The position numbers were made by a program, and so were the translations under genes. A stretch of DNA of 64,000 nucleotides from assembly GCA_963804955.1 (NCBI GenBank), contig CAWDSQ010000008.1, positions 64,001 to 128,000 on the forward strand, given 5' to 3'. Shown here one piece after another: positions 1-9,200 of the stretch. The stretch is from an uncultured delta proteobacterium (GTDB lineage: Bacteria; Desulfobacterota; WTBG01; CAIYCZ01; CAIRTM01). The notes under the pieces were generated by a model. That model saw nothing but the letters and a program-made list of their open reading frames with translations, was not told where the DNA came from and ran no database searches. Each line of letters begins with the position of its first letter. Within the stretch, counting starts at the first letter, position 1.

Positions 1-151
1 CCACGACGTCGAGGCGCGAAGACATTAATGACGTGAGGGCCGAATCATAATTTTCGGCAAGAACGACTTCATAGCCTTCCTCCTCAAGAAAAGTCTGAAA
101 AGCAATGCGCACATGTTCTTCATCATCGACGACTAAAATTCTGTTTTTCAT
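1..151 (-). CDS. Response regulator, N-terminal receiver domain (runs off window edge)
   Basis: Manual translation MKNRILVVDDEEHVRIAFQTFLEEEGYEV...SRLDVV; AGAGGTGG SD upstream of ATG at 151. Confidence 0.85.
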   Translation of the reverse strand, partial: MKNRILVVDDEEHVRIAFQTFLEEEGYEVVLAENYDSALTSLMSSRLDVV

Positions 152-238
152 GATTCCACCTCTTTGTACGTGGTTTTAATGGTGCTGCTTCCGTAAAAGT
201 CAAATATTCCGTTATTGCTAATCCGTCGCGGCGGAAAA

Positions 239-467
239 GGTTCAAATGTTCAAGGTTGTAGGGGCGAATGGCATTCGCCCTCTAGTTAGGAGTTGAGAGT
301 TCGGAGTTCGGAGTATAAAAACACCGTACTGCCGTTTCCATCTTCCCTCCCCTGGTGGGAGGAAAAATAAAGACGAACCCAGGGCAGGTTTGAAACCTGC
401 CCCTACGCACCCAACTCTGAACTCCCAACTCCGAACTTTCCCTGCGCTCCGAACTCCCTACTCCGAA
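239..467. repeat. Composite intergenic repeat: GGTTCAA units, GTAG-REP (259-284), AGTTCGG array, half CCCTCCCC palindrome, REP (381-406), inverted CCGAACT array
   Basis: Read directly; ~250-325 is near-identical to ~23880-23960. Confidence 0.9.
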
Positions 468-2086
468 CAGCCCTTCCTTCCGTTACCCAGCGGCAAATCA
501 ATCATGACTTTTGTAAATTCCCCGGACCTGCTCTCAAACAGGAGCCTGCCGCCGTGCTGCCTGATAATATTGTTGCTGATGCTCAGACCAAGCCCGGTGC
601 CCTGACCGGCGGGCTTGGTTGTGAAAAACGGGCTGCATATTTTTTCAAGAATCTCATCTGGTATGCCGCATCCCCTGTCATAAAACACCACCCGCAGGTA
701 TGAGCGTTCTTCATCTGCAACAGTCAGGCCGTATATCTCAAGAATTTTGTTTTCGCCGGCCGACGGGTACTTCATGTTCAGGGCAAACAAAGCATTGCTC
801 AGAATATTGATACATACCTGCTGGATTTTCTGCGCCTGCACGCATACCTCAGGCAATTCCGGCGGCAGATTTATAATGGTTTTTACGCTGCTTTCCAGAA
901 ACAGCTTCTGCAGCAGTGCGTATGATTCCTCGATGATTGTGTGTATGGCGCATGCTGATGATACTTCGCCTCCGCTGCGGACGAAGGTCAGCAGGCTTTT
1001 CACTATTTTTGCTATACGCTCGCTTTCTTTTATAATTCGCTGCGGCATTTCAATATCGCCGCCCTGCGCCTTGTTTCTGTTTACTATTATCTGGGCATAA
1101 TTGATGACTCCCATAATAGGGTTGTTGATCTCATGGGCCACTCCGGCGGCAATTTCGCCGATAGAGGCCAGCTGCGCAGACACGAGGGCTTCCTCTTCCA
1201 GGAGCTTTTTTTCGGTAATGTCGCTGAAACTTACACGAAGCCCGAGGTACTCGCCTTCATCAGAGTAAATAGGCTGATACGATGCGGTGACCCATTTTAT
1301 TTTGCGGCTTTTTGTTGAGATGCGGAATACGAAATCATCAGCATAGCTTTTTTCTTTAAGCGCTTTGTCAAAAACCGGCCGTATGTGTTCATAATCCTCA
1401 GGATGCACGATCTGCTGAAGATGATCCGGCAGCTTAAGGTACTCATCGGGGGTGTAGCCGGTTATGCGCAGCACCGCCGGGTTGGTCCAGACCATCTTGC
1501 CGTCGGGAGCAACCCAGGACTCCCAGTCATAGGAATAATCAGCAACCAGGCGGAAGCGCTCTTCGCTTTTGCGCAGGGCATTCTCCGCCAGCAGCCGCTC
1601 GTGAATCTCCTCGCGCAACAGGCCGACGGTTTTCTCAAGCTGCTGTGTCCGTTGCGCAACCCGGGCCTCAAGCTCGCTGTTGAGCTGCTCAAGGCGCTCC
1701 CGTATATTGCGCAGCTCGATATGTGTCCGCACCCGTTCCAGAACCTCTTTGGTCTGAAACGGTTTTGTTATATAATCTACGCCTCCGGCTTCAAAAGCCT
1801 TTATCTTCTCAGCTGCTTCCATCATCCCGCTGATGAATATCACCGGGATTGCGCGCGTCTGCTCCCGGGCCTTCAGCCGCCTGCACACTTCGTAGCCGTC
1901 CATCACCGGCATCTTTATGTCAAGCAGGATCAAATCCGGCGGCTCAACATCTATCGTCTTTAATGCGGCGGCCCCGCTTTTCACAGCCCGCACCTGATAC
2001 CCCTGAGCTATCAGCGACTCCGACAGCAGCTCCAGATTTGCCTCAGAGTCATCCACTATCAGTATGCTTTGCTCCGCCGTGTTCAT
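458..2086 (-). CDS. Hybrid sensor kinase REC-PAS-HisKA-HATPase (NtrB-like core)
   Basis: LIVDD/LLDIKMP receiver, PAS, H-box VAHEINNP, N box NILSNA, G2 GTGLGL; start MNTAEQ at 2086. Confidence 0.92.
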   Translation of the reverse strand: MNTAEQSILIVDDSEANLELLSESLIAQGYQVRAVKSGAAALKTIDVEPPDLILLDIKMPVMDGYEVCRRLKAREQTRAIPVIFISGMMEAAEKIKAFEAGGVDYITKPFQTKEVLERVRTHIELRNIRERLEQLNSELEARVAQRTQQLEKTVGLLREEIHERLLAENALRKSEERFRLVADYSYDWESWVAPDGKMVWTNPAVLRITGYTPDEYLKLPDHLQQIVHPEDYEHIRPVFDKALKEKSYADDFVFRISTKSRKIKWVTASYQPIYSDEGEYLGLRVSFSDITEKKLLEEEALVSAQLASIGEIAAGVAHEINNPIMGVINYAQIIVNRNKAQGGDIEMPQRIIKESERIAKIVKSLLTFVRSGGEVSSACAIHTIIEESYALLQKLFLESSVKTIINLPPELPEVCVQAQKIQQVCINILSNALFALNMKYPSAGENKILEIYGLTVADEERSYLRVVFYDRGCGIPDEILEKICSPFFTTKPAGQGTGLGLSISNNIIRQHGGRLLFESRSGEFTKVMIDLPLGNGRKGCSE

Positions 2087-2106
2087 CGATTTCACCTGTA
2101 GAAAAA

Positions 2107-2182
2107 GGTTCAAGGCCAAAGTTCAAGGTTTAAGGTTCAAGGTTTGAGGTTCAAGGTTTAAGGTTCAAGGTTTAAGGTTCAA
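2107..2182. repeat. Tandem heptamer array (GGTTCAA/GGTTTAA)n
   Basis: About 10 consecutive 7-bp units. Confidence 0.95.
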
Positions 2183-2268
2183 AGAAATCCCCCCACTTTA
2201 AATGGACTCGTTTTCAGCTATTTCATAAGTCCTGAAATTTTTCCATCTTGACTCTTTAATCACGAAAC

Positions 2269-2670
2269 CTACATATTTTTACCTGAACTCTTTTTTCCGT
2301 CTTCCCTCCCCTGGTGGGAGGGATTGAGGGAGGGGGCCAATAATCTGTTCCTAATAGCCTCCACTACCCCGTCAATATTTTCAAAGATGTCCGTATTCCA
2401 AAACCGGACAACCTCAAAGCCTTCCGATCTAAGCCAGTCATCCCGCCGTTTATCGCTTTCCATAGCTAGTGCATGCTGGCCGCCGTCAAGTTCTATGATC
2501 AATCCTTTTTCAAAACAGACAAAATCTGCAATATAATTCCCGATTTGCTGCTGCCGTCTGAATTTGAAAGCCTCCATCTGTTGCGCTCGCAGCCTGCTCC
2601 ACAGATACTTCTCTGCTTCAGTTGACTGCTGCCGCAGTTTTTTAGAAACAGATGCTAATCGCTTGATCAA
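2269..2670 (-). CDS. DUF559 (Vsr-like) endonuclease domain protein
   Basis: LR..STEAE..LW..LR, FRRQ..IG.YIADF.C, LIIELDGGQH, D..RD.WL...GF.V.RFWN motifs. Confidence 0.88.
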   Translation of the reverse strand: MIKRLASVSKKLRQQSTEAEKYLWSRLRAQQMEAFKFRRQQQIGNYIADFVCFEKGLIIELDGGQHALAMESDKRRDDWLRSEGFEVVRFWNTDIFENIDGVVEAIRNRLLAPSLNPSHQGREDGKKSSGKNM

Positions 2671-2711
2671 TCAGATCCCCCTCCCTCAATCCCTCCCACC
2701 AGGGGAGGGAA
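2302..2711. repeat. Perfect 35-bp inverted repeats (2302-2336 and 2677-2711) bracketing DUF559
   Basis: TTCCCTCCCCTGGTGGGAGGGATTGAGGGAGGGGG and its exact reverse complement. Confidence 0.95.
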
Positions 2712-2776
2712 AAAGAAAAAAGCCCTATATTAAAAATGTAACCATTTTGAACCTTCAACTTCTTCACTCCTCACTC

Positions 2777-3937
2777 CTATATATTAAAAGCAATGCTGAA
2801 TGCACAACCGCCTTCTTGAGGCCTTTCAACAGCCACCGTGCCGCCCAGCTGAACAGCAAGCGCAGCCAGCAGCTGCATCCCCAGTGACGATGCTTTCTGC
2901 GGGTCGATCTCAGGCGGAAAACCTGCGCCGTCATCACTTACCCGCAGCAGCATTCGGGACGTACTGCCTGTGCCGGAGGTTCCAGCCTCAGCCGCATGTA
3001 AATCAACTGTAATAATGCCCGGCCGTTCATCCGGGAACGCATGTTTAATGGAATTAGAAACCAGCTCATTTATGATAAGTCCGCACGGAACGGATTTTTC
3101 AAGCGGCATTTCCACCCTGCCGATCCTGTTGATAATCCGGATGCGGCCGCCGGCCGGTCCCATTGAAAATATAAGCAGACGGCACAGCTCATCCACATAC
3201 GACGCAAAATCTATGTGGGCCACATCATGAAAGCTGCACAGCATTTCATGCAGCAGCGCCATGGAATTGATGCGGTTGCTGGTGTCCTGCAGCACATTGA
3301 AAGCCGACGGATTGTCTATGCGTTGAGCCTGCAGCGCAAGAAGGCTTTGCACAACCTGCAGATTATTCTTAACGCGGTGATGCACTTCCTTCAGCAGGGC
3401 TTCTTTTTCATTGAGCGAGACCCGCAGGGCATTCTCCGCCAGCAGCCGCTCGTGAATCTCCTCGCGCAGCAGGCCGACGGTTTTCTCAAGCTGCTGTGTC
3501 CGTTCCGCAACCCGGGCCTCAAGCTCGCTGTTGAGCTGCTCAAGGCGCTCCCGTATATTCCGCAGCTCGATATGTGTCCGCACCCGTTCCAGAACCTCTT
3601 TGGTCTGAAACGGTTTTGTTATATAATCTACGCCTCCGGCTTCAAAAGCCTTTATCTTCTCAGCTGCTTCCATCATCCCGCTGATGAATATCACCGGGAT
3701 TGCGCGCGTCTGCTCCCGGGCCTTCAGCCGCCTGCACACTTCGTAGCCGTCCATCACCGGCATCTTTATGTCAAGCAGGATCAAATCCGGCAGCTCAACA
3801 TCTATCGTCTTTAATGCGGCGGCCCCGCTTTTCACAGCCCGCACCTGATACCCCTGCGCTATCAGCGACTCCGACAGCAGCTCCAGATTTGCCTCAGAGT
3901 CATCCACTATCAGTATGCTTTGCTCCGCCGTGTTCAT
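2777..3937 (-). CDS. Hybrid kinase REC-HisKA_2-HATPase
   Basis: Receiver near-identical to that of 458-2086; EVHHRVKNNLQ H-box; NELVSNSIKHAF; SSLGMQL. Confidence 0.92.
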   Translation of the reverse strand: MNTAEQSILIVDDSEANLELLSESLIAQGYQVRAVKSGAAALKTIDVELPDLILLDIKMPVMDGYEVCRRLKAREQTRAIPVIFISGMMEAAEKIKAFEAGGVDYITKPFQTKEVLERVRTHIELRNIRERLEQLNSELEARVAERTQQLEKTVGLLREEIHERLLAENALRVSLNEKEALLKEVHHRVKNNLQVVQSLLALQAQRIDNPSAFNVLQDTSNRINSMALLHEMLCSFHDVAHIDFASYVDELCRLLIFSMGPAGGRIRIINRIGRVEMPLEKSVPCGLIINELVSNSIKHAFPDERPGIITVDLHAAEAGTSGTGSTSRMLLRVSDDGAGFPPEIDPQKASSLGMQLLAALAVQLGGTVAVERPQEGGCAFSIAFNI

Positions 3938-3962
3938 CGTTCTTTTCCTTGAAACAGTTATT

Positions 3963-4390
3963 AGTTCAGAGTTCAAGAAGTTCGGAGTTCAAAGTTCGGA
4001 GTTAAAAACACAACTACCGAAAGCGGGATTTTAACCGTTGAATATGTCTTCATCACTCAACGCTGAACTAGCTCCGAACTGTCTTATGTCTTTACTCCGA
4101 ACACCGAACTCTCTTCGCTTCTTGAGCCGAAACTGTCCCTTTCATATCTTGACTCCGAACTCCGAACTATCTCGTCTTTTCATCTCGAATCCGAACTGAT
4201 TCCTTGTCCATGTCTTCTGAATCGATCCGAATCTTCGAACTCCTTTCTGTTTTCATCTCGAATCTTGAATCCGGAATCTTGAATCTCCTTGTCCCTGCTT
4301 TCATCTTGAATCTTGAATCCACGGAACATCTTGAATCTCCTTGTCCTTGTTTTCATCTTGAATCTTGAATCCGGAATCTTGAATCTCCTT
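3963..4390. repeat. Heptamer arrays AGTTCGG / CCGAACT / TTGAATC with a ~46-bp higher-order repeat
   Basis: Direct reading; TCCTTGTCC..TTTCATCTTGAATCTTGAATCCGGAATCTTGAATC-like unit about 3x in 4240-4390. Confidence 0.9.
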
Positions 4391-4418
4391 ACCTCCTTTC
4401 AACACCTCACCTATCCCG

Positions 4419-7400
4419 TCATAGTCGTAGCCGGCCGGCATACCCGGCCAGCAGCGCCCCAAGCCGCCCGTCAAATTTTTTAACCTCCCCGATCAGCTCG
4501 CGCATCCGGCTCACATCAGCCATGTCCGCAGCCCTGTTTAGTGCCTGTGTCAGTTCATCCGGCAAACCGGCCACCAGGCACGCGCGCTCAGCCTCATTGA
4601 TTTCAGCCTCACTGCATGCAGCCTGATCCGGGCTCTGCAAGGTATACGGCACATACTGCATCGTCTCCCGTATGAGGTCATCGCGGCGCAGCGGCTTGCA
4701 CAGATACCCCTGGCAGAGAGCCCGTATCCGCATCTCTTCCTCTTTCAGCGCATGCGCCGTCACCGCTATGACCGGTATATCCCTCAACGCCGTATCGCTT
4801 TTCAGTATCCGCATGAACTCGTAGCCGTCCATTACCGGCATCTTCATATCCAGAAGCAGCAAGTCCGGCTTCCTCCGCCTCGCCTTCTCCAGGGCTTCCT
4901 GCCCGTTTGCCGCCTCCTCAATCTCCAGGTTGCAGCCATCATAAAAGCCCTTAATCACCTCGCGGTTAGAGTCTATGTCGTCGACCACCAGAATCAGCGC
5001 CGGCTTGAACCTGACTTCATCATATTCTTCCCGGCCGGGCTCTGCTTTCTGTTCAAGCTCCCCTTTCGCCACTTCCGCTACAGGCAGTTCAACTGTAAAC
5101 ATGCTGCCCTTGCCTACACAGCTTTCCAGCCTGATGCGCCCATCCATCGACTCCACCAGGCTTTTGGTTATCGACAACCCCAGCCCCGTGCCGCCGTACC
5201 CCTTCATCGCAAGCCCCTTCAGCTGTTCAAAGGGCTCAAATATCCTCTCAAATTCCTCCTCCGGTATCCCGATTCCCGTATCCTGAACAGAGATACTGAT
5301 CTGTCGCCTGCTGCCCTCATCTTCCTGCATGCTTTGAGCTTTCACGAGCACCTGCACCGTGCCGGCGTCCGTGAACTTTACCGCATTGCCTATCAGGTTC
5401 AACAAAATCTGCCGCAGCCGCACAGGGTCCACAAGAACCAGTCCCGGCACTGCCTGCTCTACTTCAGTGCAAAGCTCTATGTGTTTTTCTTCAATCCGCT
5501 GGCTGAACATCCGGCACACATCCTCCAGCACCTGCCGCAGCGATACCGGCTCCTGATGAAGGTCCATTTTCCCGGCCTCTATTTTTGAAAAATCAAGTAT
5601 GTCGTTGAGCAGCGTCAAAAGAGCGTTGCCGCTTTCGTAAATCCGGTGCACATACTCATGCTGCCTTCCATCCTGCACCAGTTTTTCAAGAATTTCTGAA
5701 AATCCTATTATTGCATTCATAGGGCTGCGGAACTCATGGCTCATATTGGCCAGAAACATGCTTTTGGCCCGGCTTGCCGACTCAGCAGCCTGCTTGGCCA
5801 GCGCAAGCTCATCAGTGCGAATCCGCACCAGCTCCTCAAGATTGTTCTGGTATTCGGCCAGTTTTTCCTGTGCCTGTATTCGTTCGGTACTATCCCGGAT
5901 TGCCGCCAAATGCACTGCCCTGCCGTTCTGCAAAAAGCATCGCGCGGTAATTTCGACGGAAAATTCACCGCCGTCCTTTCTGCGATGCCGGCGATGGGGT
6001 ATTGTTATGATCTGGCCGACAGCAGGCAGCATAGCCTGCATATGCAGCATGCCATTTTCAGGCTGAGCCGCCATGTCGGTGATTTTCAACTGTAATAGTT
6101 CCTTGTGATCATACCCGTACAGTGCAGTTGCGGCTTTATTAGCCTGCAGTATGCGCGAGGAGATATTATCAATCAAAAAAATAGCATCCGATTCAGCATC
6201 GAAAAGCTGACGGTAATTCTCTTCGCTCTGTATCAAGGCCTCTTCGGCCAGCTTGCGCGATGTGATGTCCAGAAACGATAGCAGCACCCGTGATTCATTC
6301 CCGGATTTTATTTGTATCGTTGAACAAAGCAGCGCCACATCCTCCCTCCGTCCCTTGCGAAGCAGTGTCGTACGGTACTCGACATCAATATGCATTCTGC
6401 CGGTGCTCAGGGTATCGGCAATGGCCGCATATACCCCGCATGCTTCGCACTGAGGCCCGTATCCGCAGCCGCGCGGGTCGTCAAAAGAGTTAATGCAGCC
6501 GAAAACACCGCATACCCTCTCATTGGCGATTGCGCTGTTGGGCCATACCGTAAACTCGACAAAGGCGCGATTGGCCTGCACTACGCGGCGCTCGGCATCG
6601 ATCACACACAGCATGACCTGCGTGCCGTCGTAGATGGCTTTGAGTTCATCCATGCTGAGCTGAAGGTTTATCTCCATCTGCTTGCGCTCGGTAATGTCCT
6701 GAATAAATGCAACATAAAGATCGCTGTCGCGTCCCCCGATGGCATCTGTGGATAATTCCGTCGTGATGATCGTGCCGTCTTTTTTTATGAAGCGCTTTTC
6801 AAACGCATATGGCAATTTGTATTCGCCGCTTATAATGCGGGCATGTATATCCGTCTCCCGTTCAATATCCTCTGCGGGAGTCAGATCCGTCCATGACTTT
6901 GTGCGGAGTTCTTCCTCGGTGTAGCCCAGCATCTGGCAGAGCTTGGGATTGATATCAATCCAGCCTTTGGTTATGCTTGTCGTGGCGATGCCGATGATGG
7001 GCAGATAAAAGTAGGCGCGCAGATGCTCGAGCGAAGCCTTCAGGTCCCTTTCGGCTAGACGCTGTTCCGTAATGTTGCGGCTGTAGATGGCCAGCTGGTT
7101 TGCCCTCCCCGTATTGTCGATGATCGGATAGATGCTGTCAGTATAAAATTCCCCGTTAAAGTCTTCTTCAAGCTGGCTCGCTGTACCAGTCTGCATGATG
7201 GGAAACAAAATTGCCTCTGCGTTTTGCGGCTTGCTCCGGGGGGAAGCATTCTAAAATGCATGTGCCCATCAGCTCATCAATTGTTTTTCCCATCCTTTTA
7301 GCCATTTGTTCATTAAGGCAGACGAACTTGTACTCATGATCAAGTATGCACGCCGCATCCACGGTGGCATTGAGAAGGGCCCGGGTCGCCTCTTCGCTTG

Positions 7401-7821
7401 TCCGCAGCGACATTTCTGCCTGCTTGCGCTCCATCAGCAGGCGCCACTCGCGCAGACAGCGCTCGGCTGTGCGCGGCATGCTGGTAAACGCCTCCGGTGA
7501 TTTGACCACATAATCAAAAGCTCCCGCTTTCATGGCCTCAACGGCGACCTTTTCATTGCCGTAGCTGGTCATAACCACGATTGGGAAAAGGCCTGATTCC
7601 GATGGGGACGACAATACGTCAAGAGCGCTGCCGTCGGGCAGCTTCATGTCCATGATGGCAATATCGGGCGGCTGCTGTGCAATAGAAGTTACATACTGCT
7701 GCATCGACTGCGCGACCTGTACCTCATCCCCGGGCCGGGCTGTTTTGAAAGCCCGCCGAATGGCTTCGGCATGCGCCGGCTCGTCTTCTACGATCAGTAT
7801 CAGTTTGCCGCTGGTTTCCAT
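4419..7821 (-). CDS. Multi-domain hybrid kinase REC-PAS(x4)-HisKA-HATPase-REC; frameshift near 7205
   Basis: ORFs 7168-7983 (REC, start METSGK at 7821) and 4419-7208 ([29 protein letters not shown]-terminal REC) overlap out of frame. Confidence 0.85.
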
Positions 7822-7839
7822 GATACGCTCCCTTTGATT

Positions 7840-8040
7840 AAGTTCGGAGTTGGGAGCAATTAGTTCGGAGTTCGGAGTTGGGAGTTCGGAGAAAAAACAA
7901 ACCAAACTCATAACTCCGAACTTTATTAGTCCGAACTCCAAACGCCCACTCGAACTCCCTACTCCGAACTGTCTTATCTCCATGTTCCGAACACCGAACT
8001 CCTCACTCCGAACTAGCGGGCGTGGGCACCGCGCCCCTAC
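7840..8040. repeat. Inverted AGTTCGG/CCGAACT arrays plus GTAG-REP downstream of four-helix-bundle gene
   Basis: Direct reading; REP at 8017-8040 contains the stop codon. Confidence 0.9.
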
Positions 8041-8397
8041 TTCTTCAAAGAACTCATAAGCCCACTGAGCATTTTTGATAGTTCAGCACACCAATTCCTT
8101 GAGTAGTTCTCTGTTTTGACTATCCATAAAATGCTGCCTGTATGCTATCTCGGTTACAGCAACACATTCACGGGCTGAACGCCGTGAAATTTTTAAAAAC
8201 TGGTTGAATTCTGGTTTGCTCCCGCCGGTTCCTTCTGCAATATTTAAACAAATGGATATTGCAGCTCTTCTGAATTGATCCGTTAAAGAAAATGCTTCAG
8301 CCTTTGGAAAACCTTTTGTAATGGCATATACAAAATCAACATACTCCAGAGCCTTTTGATATACCTGCAACTCCTCAAAAGAAAATTTTTCTGCCAT
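8037..8397 (-). CDS. Four helix bundle protein (23S rRNA IVP / TIGR02436-like); 1-nt frameshift near 8090
   Basis: FEELQVYQKA, FPKAEAFSLTDQFRRAAISICLNIAEG, FLKISRRSARE; alternative frame gives the typical tail ELSKMLSGLMSSLKK*. Confidence 0.88.
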
Positions 8398-8419
8398 TTT
8401 TCACCTTTCTAATTTTGTC

Positions 8420-8533
8420 TCCCAACTCCGAACTCCCAACTGTCTTTAGGTCTCTGCTCCGAACTCCCAACTCCGAACTCTAAACTCCCAACTCCCGACT
8501 CCAAACTAGCGGGCGCGGGCACCGCGCCCCTAC
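8420..8533. repeat. CCGAACT/CCCAACT array plus GTAG-REP upstream of four-helix-bundle gene
   Basis: Direct reading; REP at 8509-8533 closely resembles that at 8017-8040. Confidence 0.9.
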
Positions 8534-8975
8534 TCCGGAAACCGGTTCCAGGCCAGCCAGTAGTAGCCGAATGCCTCCAGCAGCTGTGGTGAATTTTTCA
8601 AAATCGACAGGCTTCACCAGATAGCTGCAGGCGCCGTTGCTATAGGAATTGACCATGTCGGATTCCGCTCCTGATGTCGTGAGCACGACCGTCGGTATGT
8701 GTTTCAGATGGTCATCTTTCTTTATGCGGCGCAGCACTTCTAGTCCGTCTACTTTCGGCAGGCGCAAGATCAAGCAGAATAAGGTGCGGCATCGGATTGG
8801 CTGCCTGATCGGCATAGCCGTTCTGCCGGAACAGATAGTCAAGGGCTGCCTGCCCGTCTGTTACATGCACAATGCGGTTTGCTACGCGAAAGTCCTCAAG
8901 ATTTCGTCTGACGATTTCGGCATGCGCCATGTCATCTTCAACCAGCAGAATAATAATGGGGTCGCCTTTAACCAT
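8530..8975 (-). CDS. Single-domain response regulator (frameshifted)
   Basis: ILLVEDD, LILLDL, LPKVDGLEVL, IPTVVLTTS, YLVKP, tail GYYWLAWNRFPE* spread over three frames. Confidence 0.8.
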
Positions 8976-8999
8976 GAGAGGGTCTCCTTTTTGTTAATA

Positions 9000-9200
9000 G
9001 TTATGAGTTCTGAGTTCGGAGTTCAGAGTTAGAAATCAGAGTTCGGAGTTCGGAGTATTAAATCACACTTATCGTAAATCCGGAATTTTAAACCTTGCCT
9101 TATGTCTTCACTCCGAACTCCTTTATGTCTTAACTCCGAACACTCGCTTCGTACAGTCTTCATGTCTTCGAACTCCGAACTCCGAATCATGACTCCGAAC
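9000..9200. repeat. Inverted AGTTCGG / CCGAACT arrays
   Basis: Direct reading. Confidence 0.9.

Noticed and set aside
3963..4390. Repeat-spacer look resembling a CRISPR array
   Set aside because: Units are 7 bp and degenerate, linkers resemble each other, and no cas genes are present
7822..7983. N-terminal extensions and small ORFs rich in SSEFGV/PNSEL/FKVQG
   Set aside because: Translations of heptamer arrays; better starts with SD lie downstream
8037..8397. Diversity-generating retroelement (Avd-like fold plus near-identical repeats)
   Set aside because: No reverse transcriptase in the window; mismatches between the PAS copies 10638/13895 are not adenine-specific
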